Positions 28,345 through 37,200 of a stretch of DNA of 64,000 bases are shown here, piece by piece. A program made the translations under genes and the position numbers. The notes under the pieces were generated by a model. That model had not been told where the DNA came from and did not search any database. It saw only the letters and a program-made list of their open reading frames with translations. Where the stretch lies: sequence record DRR723986_4789; one strand, written 5' to 3'. Positions within the stretch are counted from its first letter, which is position 1. The number at the start of each line of letters is the position of its first letter.

Positions 28345-29343
28345 TTGATCAGACTGATTGCAGCCTTGTGCAAAGTATTTTCCGCTCGCAGCCTTCGCCC
28401 CTTGCCGCCGCTTGTTGTGGCTGCCTCGATAATGACGTTCCCCGGCATCGCCGTGGCCGACGTCAAACATTACCTCTACACCAGTACAGGTGCGTTTTCC
28501 GAGACACGTGAGCTATTGCACAATCCAGCGATTTCCGGCGTTCAGATCCTCTACAACTGGCGAATGCTGGAACCGGAAAAAGGTCGTTATGACTTTTCCG
28601 CAATCGAGCGGGACCTCGCTGTAGCCCAAAAAATCGACAAGGCGTTTTTTCTCCAACTTCAGGACCGCTTCTTCTGGGAAGGTGCTCGCTTTGTGCCGGA
28701 CTATTTGCTGAAGGATCCGCTCTATGCAGGCGGCCTTGCCCGGCAGGTGGACGACAGTGAAGCCGAAACCCCGACACCAGAAGGCTGGGTAGCCGTTCAA
28801 TGGAACGACTCGGTTCGCTCCCGTTACCAGGCTCTATTGATCGCTCTGGCAGACCAGTTCGATGGCCGCATCGAAGGCCTCAATCTGCCGGAAAGCTCGA
28901 TCGACGTTGACAGACGTAAGGACGAGACGGACTTCAGTTGCGACGCCTATTTCAACGCGACATTGGAAAACATGGTCCATGCGCGCAATGCGTTCCAGGC
29001 GTCCCAAGTCGTTCAATACGTCAACTTCTGGCCATGCGAGTGGGAAAACAGTGAAGGCTACATGCAGCGCAGTTTCGAAAAAGCAGCCGAACTCGGAATC
29101 GGTCTGGGCGGTCCCGATATCGTTCCGCACCGAAAGGCACAGATGAAGAATTCCTACCCCTTCTTTCACCGGTACCGGGACAAATTGCCGGTCATCGCGA
29201 TGGCGATCCAGGAGCCCACTTTGGAGTACATCAATCCGGAAACGGGCAAGACCTTTACCCGTTCCGAATTTATCAAGTTTGCCACCGACTATCTTGGCGT
29301 TGACATCATCTTCTGGAGTGCGTCAGCCCCTTGGCTGCAATAA
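28345..29343 (+). CDS. Secreted hypothetical protein, glycoside-hydrolase TIM-barrel-like (start uncertain)
   Basis: Signal-like segment ending AVA-D; WRMLEPEKGRYDFSAIE resembles clan GH-A; LPES candidate acid/base. Confidence 0.6.
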   Translation: MIRLIAALCKVFSARSLRPLPPLVVAASIMTFPGIAVADVKHYLYTSTGAFSETRELLHNPAISGVQILYNWRMLEPEKGRYDFSAIERDLAVAQKIDKAFFLQLQDRFFWEGARFVPDYLLKDPLYAGGLARQVDDSEAETPTPEGWVAVQWNDSVRSRYQALLIALADQFDGRIEGLNLPESSIDVDRRKDETDFSCDAYFNATLENMVHARNAFQASQVVQYVNFWPCEWENSEGYMQRSFEKAAELGIGLGGPDIVPHRKAQMKNSYPFFHRYRDKLPVIAMAIQEPTLEYINPETGKTFTRSEFIKFATDYLGVDIIFWSASAPWLQ

Positions 29344-29383
29344 GCCCGCCCCGCACGAAGCGGGCTATCGCAGGTCGGAGGCC

Positions 29384-30727
29384 CTATTCTGCTGGCTGTG
29401 TCTTTTCGGCGCGGCGTTTTTCGATGGCGTAAATTCCCCGATCCCAAAGCCAGACCGCCAGTCTGCCCAGGCCAATACCGGTTCGCATCTGAAACTCCTC
29501 GAAGTGAAACCGGCTGGCTCTCAAGCCTTTCAGCACGAGGCTGTTCTTCAGTGTCTTGCGAAGGGGCGCAGGCCCGCAAAAGAAAACGTGGGCATTGCGT
29601 AGATCGCCCTTCAGGTCTTCGACAATCCGTTCGGGCGTCAGCCTGACGCCTTCAAGCGAATTGACGATCATCAGCTCAAGCTTGCCGGTTTCTTCGGCCA
29701 AATGCTGAAGGTCAGCCACATATGGAATGTCGCCACGCTCGCGCACACAATAGTAGAGCTTTATCGGCCCGCTCTCCCGGTGTTTCAGCGTCTGCGCAAA
29801 CGCAAGGAAGGGTGTTATTCCGACACCGGCGGCAATCCAGACTTGAGGATCCCGTCCAGACGGCATCGAGAAATTGCCATAAGGACCGGAAACCGTAGCC
29901 TCCATACCTACCTTCAGCTCGCGGTACAGGCGGCTGGTGTAGTCGCCGAGATCCTTTATCGTGAAACGCAGCGACCTGTCATCGCGTGGCGCGGCGCTGA
30001 GTGTAAACGGATGTTCCTCCGTCAAGCCTCCTCCCATTACCGAAAGGAAGGCGAACTGTCCGGCCACATGTTTCAGCCCTCGCCCCCTAGGCTCCAGGAG
30101 CACTTCCGTCAGGCCATTGATGTGACGAACGGAGGCAACCTTGTAGGCGTGGCCACGTGGTGCCAACGGCCGCAGAACAGACATCCAGACATAGGAAACA
30201 AGGCCGAGTATACAGAACGCAGAAACGTAAAGCCCGAGCGGGTCTGCGTTCGCAAACGGCTTTTCAATGAAGAAGTAATGGAATGCTCCCATGAAAAAGA
30301 AGACGCCGATCAGCCGGTGGCTCCACTTCCACAAGTGGTAGGGAATGAAGGTGATGACGGATGCCAGCACCAGGATCAGAAGACCGTAAAGGCTAACCTC
30401 ACCGATGTCTTCAGCAGCGTCGGCCAGCGGCCCACCACGCAAACCGTCCATATCCGCATCGATGATGTCGTGCAGTCCCAGGCCCACCATCGCGATGATG
30501 CCGAGCCATTTGTGCAAAACGTAGATCCGGTCGAGCGGCCCGAACACCAATTCCAGCCCCGGTACGCGCGTCGCCAGGAATTGGTTGATCCCCATCACGA
30601 TCAATGCAGCGGTTCCAAGATACTGGCTGAAAAGCGCCACCGGATCTCGCGACGCAGCCAACGGGGCGAACCAGAAAAGAGGGATCAGGGCAGCCAGAGC
30701 AATCAGTGCAAGTCCAACAGGGCGCAA
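29384..30727 (-). CDS. Ferric-reductase-like TM + FAD + NAD(P)H-binding oxidoreductase (SpNox-like)
   Basis: Two His pairs (HKWLG...LH; HRLIG...FH), HPFT, GPYG, AGVGITPF, CGP, EEF; TTG start. Confidence 0.88.
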   Translation of the reverse strand: MRPVGLALIALAALIPLFWFAPLAASRDPVALFSQYLGTAALIVMGINQFLATRVPGLELVFGPLDRIYVLHKWLGIIAMVGLGLHDIIDADMDGLRGGPLADAAEDIGEVSLYGLLILVLASVITFIPYHLWKWSHRLIGVFFFMGAFHYFFIEKPFANADPLGLYVSAFCILGLVSYVWMSVLRPLAPRGHAYKVASVRHINGLTEVLLEPRGRGLKHVAGQFAFLSVMGGGLTEEHPFTLSAAPRDDRSLRFTIKDLGDYTSRLYRELKVGMEATVSGPYGNFSMPSGRDPQVWIAAGVGITPFLAFAQTLKHRESGPIKLYYCVRERGDIPYVADLQHLAEETGKLELMIVNSLEGVRLTPERIVEDLKGDLRNAHVFFCGPAPLRKTLKNSLVLKGLRASRFHFEEFQMRTGIGLGRLAVWLWDRGIYAIEKRRAEKTQPAE

Positions 30728-30900
30728 AACATGTGTCCGTTTCTGGCTTCAGGCTCGAAGCGGTTCCGTTAGCTTGCGGATCGGACGGCGCGCAGTTCCT
30801 GCTCATGCATCATCGCGACTTGCCGACCTTCCGCAAAACGATCGGGATGCGTTAGAGGGCTTACGTGACTGCTGCAACACTGTTGCAGGACTTTCGACGA

Positions 30901-30926
30901 AAAAAGGCGCCTATTGGCGCCTTTTT
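30901..30926 (-). terminator. Intrinsic terminator after the homocysteine methyltransferase gene
   Basis: AAAAAGGCGCC-TATT-GGCGCCTTTTT. Confidence 0.88.
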
Positions 30927-30957
30927 AAAACCCTGACTTGTGGTTTGAGCGCAAGAT

Positions 30958-31986
30958 CTAGCTGCGCCTGCGACCCCTGCGCCGACCGGAGCCCGAACCG
31001 TCGTTTTCTGCGCGGGCGGCATCAGCTTCCTTGTTCGGAGGCGAAACAAGCGGACCGATTTCGGCAATCACCTCGTTCAGTGTCGGCCGGGCACCCGCCT
31101 GGTGGGCATCCAAGGCTGCGCGCATTGCAGCCAGATGGATCGGCGACGTGCCGCAGCAGCCACCGACAATCCGCGCACCGGCATCAAGGGCCATATGTGC
31201 GTATTTTGCCATCAGCTCCGGCGTTCCGGTGTAGACCACTTCATCGCCCTTGATCTGAGGGATGCCGCAGTTGGCTTTCGCCACGATTATCGCATCAGGA
31301 TAGGCTTCGGTGATGTCCATGATCGCTGCCAGCAGATCCGACGCACCGACACCGCAATTGGACCCGATCGCGACGGGCGTGCAGGCAAACTGGCTCTGAA
31401 GGTCGCCAAGCCCCTTGGGGGAAAGACCCATCATCGTCTTGCCGGCTGTATCGAAACTGGCAGTAATGACCAATGGCAAGTCGAAATTCTGCGCTGCTTC
31501 AGCGGCAGCCTTCATTTCTTCGACGGCTGACATGGTTTCGACCCACAAAATGTCGGCACCACCTTCAACAAGGCCTTCCATCTGCTCCTTGAAGGCTGCA
31601 ACACCCTCTTCATAGCTGAGTGCGCCAAGAGGCTGAAAAAGTTCGCCGGTCGGTCCGACGGAACCTCCGATCAGAACGGTCCGTCCGGAAGCTTCGGCCA
31701 CATCTCGCGCCAGCTTGACGGCAGCAATGTTGAGTTCCCTGACGCGCCCCTCCGCCTTGTGCAACTTCAACCGATGACGATTGCAGCCGAAGGTATTGGT
31801 CAGAATGATATCGGATCCCGCATCGACAAACGACTTGTGAAGCGCAGTGATCTTTTCCGGTTCATCCGTGTTCCATAATTCCGGAGCGTCACCGGAAACG
31901 AGACCCATTTCGAACAGGTTCGTTCCGGTTGCACCATCGGCAAGCAACGCCCCCTTCTGGGCAAGGAGCTCTTCCAGCTTGGACAT
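30958..31986 (-). CDS. bmt: Homocysteine S-methyltransferase domain protein (Bmt / stand-alone MetH Hcy domain)
   Basis: LADGATGT, AGSDIILTNTFG, GSVGPTG, VETM; Zn-ligand motifs GSNCG and GGCCGT; no pterin or B12 domain. Confidence 0.9.
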   Translation of the reverse strand: MSKLEELLAQKGALLADGATGTNLFEMGLVSGDAPELWNTDEPEKITALHKSFVDAGSDIILTNTFGCNRHRLKLHKAEGRVRELNIAAVKLARDVAEASGRTVLIGGSVGPTGELFQPLGALSYEEGVAAFKEQMEGLVEGGADILWVETMSAVEEMKAAAEAAQNFDLPLVITASFDTAGKTMMGLSPKGLGDLQSQFACTPVAIGSNCGVGASDLLAAIMDITEAYPDAIIVAKANCGIPQIKGDEVVYTGTPELMAKYAHMALDAGARIVGGCCGTSPIHLAAMRAALDAHQAGARPTLNEVIAEIGPLVSPPNKEADAARAENDGSGSGRRRGRRRS

Positions 31987-32334
31987 TCAGCAGTCTTTCG
32001 TCTTGTTGGTGTCGTCTTCGCCCGTTTTCAGGCCTGTTTCTGCAATAGCAGACCGCACCGGGAAATCCATGTGCGCAAATTATCTTCTACGAAGCCCTGG
32101 CCTGCGCGGTTAGGCGTAAAGGCGGTATTTCTGTACGGCAAGGTGACATCGACCTTCGCTTGGTCGCCAATTCCGAAACCACTTTTCACTGTGCGAAGTC
32201 AATGGACTTTCCAGCGAAAATGAAGCAACAAAGCGCCATGACGCTTTTACGGTATTGTGCGACGGTTATAGAGCCGGGTTGTCAGGGCTCCTGATAAAGA
32301 CTACGCGCAACCAAAATCATCTTGGGAGCATAAG

Positions 32335-33873
32335 ATGTCAGACGCCGCCCCATCTGGCCGTCGAGGAAGAAGCGCCCGCCGCGAGCGCCGGCAAGCCGGA
32401 CCTGCCGGCCTGGCCATTCCCTACATTTCGCGCAACATTCCGAACTTCGACATTTTGAGCGATGAAGGCGCGGAACGGATCGAAGCCAATACCGACCGCA
32501 TTCTCGCTGAAATCGGCCTTGAATTCCGTGACGACCCCGAAGTTATCGGTATCTGGAAAGAGGCCGGTGCGGAAGTCGACGGCGAACGTGTCCGCTTTCC
32601 AAAGGGCATGCTTCAGGAGCTGGTAAAGACGGCCCCTTCCCAATTTACCCAGCATGCCCGCAACCCTGCGCGCAACGTTGAAATCGGCGGCAACAATCTT
32701 GTCTTTGCTCCGGTCTACGGCCCCCCTTTCGTCACCGATCTCGACAAGGGCCGGCGGTACGGCACGATCGAGGACTTCCGCAACTTCGTGAAACTCGCCT
32801 ACATGTCGCCGTGGATGCATCATTCCGGCGGCACCGTCTGTGAGCCTGTCGACCTTCCGGTCAACAAGCGGCACTTCGATATGGTCTATTCCCATATCAA
32901 ATATTCCGACAAGCCGTTCATGGGGTCGGTCACCGCACCGGAACGCGCCGAAGATTCCGTGAAGATGGCGCAGATCACCTTCGGTGAGGACTTCGTCGAT
33001 CAGAACTGCGTCATGATCCAGCTGATCAACGCCAATTCTCCTCTGGTTTTCGACGCCACCATGCTTGGTGCTCTCAAGGTTTATGCCAAGCACAATCAGG
33101 CTTGTATCGTTTCGCCGTTTATCCTGGCAGGCGCCATGAGCCCGGTAACCGTTGCCGGTACGCTGTCGCAAGTGCTGGCCGAGGCTCTGGCCGGCTGTGC
33201 CCTGACCCAGTTGATTCGTCCCGGTGCTCCGGTCGTTTTCGGTGCCTTCGTCAGTTCGATCTCCATGCAGTCCGGTGCCCCGACTTTCGGCAGTCCGGAA
33301 GGCTCCCTGCTTCTCAACGGGGCAGCAAAACTCGCCCGCAGGCTCAACCTGCCGTTCCGTTCAGGTGGCTCGTTCACCGCATCCAAGAGCCCGGATGCGC
33401 AATCTGCGCAGGAATCCGCGCAGACCATTCTGGCCACCTTGCAATCAGGTGTGAATTTCTGCCTTCACGCAGCCGGCTGGCTGGAAGGCGGATTGTGCTC
33501 TTCCTACGAAAAGTTCGTCATGGATGCCGACCAGCTCGGCATGATGCATGTACTTGCCAAGGGCATCGAAATCTCTGATGAAACTCTGGCGATGGACGCG
33601 CTTCAGGAAGTCGGTCCCGGTGGCCATTTCCTCGGCGCGGCGCACACGCAGCGCAATTTCGAAAGCGCTTTCTTCAGGTCCTCGATCGCCGACAATAACT
33701 CCTACGAGCAATGGCTCGCAGACGGGCAACTGGATGCCGCACAACGTGCCAATGCCCGCTGGAAGGAACAATTGGCGGGTTACACAGGCCCCGAACTTGA
33801 CCCGGGCATCGACGAGGCGCTGCTGGCTTTCATGACCGAACGCAAGGCGTCTTTCCCGGACAGCAACGTCTGA
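32335..33873 (+). CDS. Trimethylamine methyltransferase (MttB) superfamily protein, non-pyrrolysine
   Basis: INANSPL, PFILAGAMSPVT.AG, SGAPTFGSPE, HAAGWLEGG, VGPGGHFLG; no in-frame TAG. Confidence 0.92.
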   Translation: MSDAAPSGRRGRSARRERRQAGPAGLAIPYISRNIPNFDILSDEGAERIEANTDRILAEIGLEFRDDPEVIGIWKEAGAEVDGERVRFPKGMLQELVKTAPSQFTQHARNPARNVEIGGNNLVFAPVYGPPFVTDLDKGRRYGTIEDFRNFVKLAYMSPWMHHSGGTVCEPVDLPVNKRHFDMVYSHIKYSDKPFMGSVTAPERAEDSVKMAQITFGEDFVDQNCVMIQLINANSPLVFDATMLGALKVYAKHNQACIVSPFILAGAMSPVTVAGTLSQVLAEALAGCALTQLIRPGAPVVFGAFVSSISMQSGAPTFGSPEGSLLLNGAAKLARRLNLPFRSGGSFTASKSPDAQSAQESAQTILATLQSGVNFCLHAAGWLEGGLCSSYEKFVMDADQLGMMHVLAKGIEISDETLAMDALQEVGPGGHFLGAAHTQRNFESAFFRSSIADNNSYEQWLADGQLDAAQRANARWKEQLAGYTGPELDPGIDEALLAFMTERKASFPDSNV

Positions 33874-33890
33874 TCCGCAGCCGAACACCA

Positions 33891-33928
33891 AAAAAAGCGC
33901 CCCGCCCTCGTGCGGGGCGTTTGTATTT
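33891..33928 (+). terminator. Terminator after the mttB-like gene
   Basis: CGCCCCGC-6 nt-GCGGGGCG stem flanked by an A-run and a T-rich tail. Confidence 0.75.
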
Positions 33929-34244
33929 CAAGAGATTTTCAAAATCTGTTCTTGCAAGGCATCGACGCTTCTTAACAACACTCAGAAGAAATACGATTTT
34001 TTATGTATCTAGCCTTTTCCAGCATTTCTCCATGGGATAAAGGTTGCCAAACCCTGCGTTTGCAAGGTAGCTGGAAACGCTGTTTGGCATGGGATAAGCT
34101 TACGCATGGCAGCACTGGGACTGGGTCGCGCCGGTCTGCGATTTATCTCGAGGGAGCATGCGGAAATGACTGTTTATAAACTGTAAGTTTTCTTATGAAA
34201 ATCAATAGCTTGACTGTACCCAACTAATAAAAACAGGTTGTTCT

Positions 34245-37200
34245 GTGGCGTCGCTTACATCAAATATCGATATTCTTGGTTATTCTACCCGCCTTCCCGG
34301 CGCCAACGATTCTGCCGAATTCTGGTCATTGTTGAAAAACGGCGAATGCGCAGTTACGTCTGTCTCCAAAGACCGCTGGCCGCTGGCCCGCTTCGGACAC
34401 CCGGTCCAAAGCACGTCTGGAAAGACCTACACCTGGGCTGCCGGGCAGCTGGATGATGTGTGGGGATTTGACCCCTCTTTTTTTGGTGTTTCTCCGCGTG
34501 AAGCCGTGCAGATGGATCCGCAGCAGCGATTGCTGCTGCAACTGGTCTGGGAAGCTCTGGAACACGCCAATATCCGCCCCAGTGACCTGGCCGGCTCGAA
34601 CACCGGCGTTTATGTAGGTGCGTCGTCTCTCGATTACCACCATCGCTTCCTGGTCGATCCGGCCATGGCCGACATGCAGTTCATGACCGGCAACACGCTG
34701 TCGATCGTTTCCAACCGCATTTCCTACATTTACGACCTCAGAGGCCCGAGCTTCACGGTCGACACCGCCTGCTCCTCTTCCATCGTCGCATTGCACGAAG
34801 CGGTTTCCGCCATCGAGTCCGGCCAGATCGATACCGCGATCGTCTGCGGCGTCAGCCTTCTGCTCAGCCCGTTTGCTTTTGTCGGCTTCTCCCGCGCCAC
34901 AATGCTGTCGCCGACAGGCCTCTGCCAGGCATTCGACGCCAATGGCGACGGGTACGTGCGCTCCGAAGGCGGCGCAGTGGTCGTTCTGCGTGCTGCGCGT
35001 GCTGGCATTCCGGAAGGTGCAAAGAGCCACGGCAAACTGCTTGCAACCGGCATCAATGCCGACGGGCGCACTGTCGGCCTGTCGCTTCCGTCCCCGTATG
35101 CGCAAGCAGACCTTCTGCGAGAAATTTACGAAGGCCTGGAAATCAATCCCACGGATCTTGCCTTCGTCGAGGCACACGGCACCGGTACGCGCGTTGGTGA
35201 CCCTGCAGAAGCGGATGCGCTTGGCAAGGTTATTGGCCAGAAACGCGACAAGGCGCTGCCCATCGGGTCCGTCAAGACCAACGTCGGTCACCTTGAGCCT
35301 GTTTCCGGTCTGGTCGGACTTCTGAAATCCGTAATGGCGCTGCGAGAAGACCTCCTGCCGCAGTCGCTGCACTTCAGAAATCCTAACCCGGATATTCCGT
35401 TTGACGAGCTGAACCTCAAGGTTGCCGGTGAAGCCGTTTCCCTGGAGCGCAATGGCACCCGCAGACTTGCAGGGGTCAATTCCTTCGGTTTCGGTGGCAC
35501 GAACGCTCACGCCGTCATAGGCGATCCCGATCCTGAAACCGCCGAAGCTTCGACAGCACCGGTTGACGCGCCGCTGGTCATCAGTGCCCGGTCCAAGGAA
35601 GCCCTGCAGCAACTTGCCGGCAAGTTCGCCGAACGTCTCGACAACGAGGCGGATGAAACAGCCGGTAATGTGATTGCCACGAGTGCCCACGGTCGCGATC
35701 TGCTTTCTGAGCGACTTGTTGTTCTCGGTAAGACCAAGGCGGAAAAACTCGACGCGCTGCGTTCATTCGCAGAGAGCGGCGATGAAAACGCAGATGTCGT
35801 GTCTGGCAGCGTCATCAAGTCGAACGCGAAGGTCGGGTTCGTCTTTTCCGGAAACGGGTCTCAGTGGGCCGGTATGGGCCAGGAAGCCTACCAGGCCGAT
35901 ACGGCATTCCGGACCGCCTTTGACAAGGTCGACAAGATCTTCATGGGTCTGAGTGGATGGTCACTCGTCACAACGCTTTTTGCAGAAGACCTTGAAGCAG
36001 ATCTTGAGCGCTCCGAAATCGCGCAGCCGCTTCTGTTTGCAATACAGGTCGGCATTGTGGAATCGCTGCGCCAGCGCGGCATTACCGCTGCCGGGACCGC
36101 AGGCCATTCGGTCGGTGAAGTTGCCGCAGCCTGGTGTGCAGGCGCCCTGAACCTCGAACAAGCAGTCCGCGTCATTCGCGCCCGTTCCAGCGAACAGGAA
36201 GTCGTCAGGGATCTCGGGTCCATGGCTGCCTTGCTTCTGCCGGCAGATCAGGCAGTTGCCGCCATCGCGGAAAGCGGACTGCCGAGACTTGAACTCGCTG
36301 CCGACAACAGCCCGCGAAGTGTCACAATTTCCGGCGACAGCGAAAGCCTGGATGCTTTTGCGAAGTTTGCCCGCAAGAAAAAGTGGGCCATGCGGCGCCT
36401 GAACCTGGCGTATCCGTTCCACAGCGCTCTGGTTGACCCGATCGAAAAGCCTCTTCTTGCTGCATTGGATGGTCTTTCGCCGACAGACGTGTCACTTCCC
36501 TTCTATTCGACGGTTACGCCGGATGAACGCGATGTCCGCGTCGATGCAGAATACTGGTGGCACAACGTTCGTCAGCCAGTCCGGTTTGCTGCCGCCATGG
36601 AAAACATGGCAGCAGATGATTTCTCTGTCCTGATCGAGATCGGTCCCAAGCCTGTTCTCGGCACCTATGTGAACGACGTCCTGCGGGCCAAAGGCAAGAA
36701 GGCCAAGGTTCTTGAAACGCTCAAGGAACCTTCCAAGAAAGCAGCCGCCACAGCAGGCAACCCGCTTGACAGGATTGCCGCATCCGTTGTGGCACATGGT
36801 GGCCAGACCGACCTGATCCGGTTTGTCGGCGAACGCCCGGGGCATCTGGTTCCGCTTCCGTCCTACCCCTGGCAGAACTCCGAGTATCGCCCGGAAAACA
36901 GCCCTGAACGCGTCGATTTCATGTTCGGCCAGACCTGGCCGCTGCTGGGATACCGCCTGCGTCAGGATACCGCCGAGTGGTTCAACCACATTGACAGCGG
37001 TTCCCTGCCCTTCCTGCAGGATCACAAGGTCGAGGAAAGCATCGTCTATCCGGCCGCGGGCTATATCGAGATGAGCCTGCGCGCTGCGCTCCGGTGGAGC
37101 CGGAGCGACCAGATCGAATTGCGCGACTTCGACATTCTTCGTCCGTTGGTAATCGAAGGCGATGAAGTCTGGGAAACCCAGGTCCGTATCTCGCCTGACG

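Noticed and set aside
29343-29366. 12-mer CGCCCCGCACGA shared with the terminator near 33908-33919 (REP-like?)
   Set aside because: Only two short GC-rich copies inside terminator-like hairpins; insufficient for a repeat family.
32200-32334. SAM-II, SAM-SAH or cobalamin riboswitch between bmt and mttB
   Set aside because: One hairpin (TTGTCAGG-GCT-CCTGATAA) but none of the conserved aptamer cores.
32335-33873. Pyrrolysine recoding in the MttB homologue
   Set aside because: The ORF is uninterrupted, with no in-frame TAG and no pyl genes in the window.
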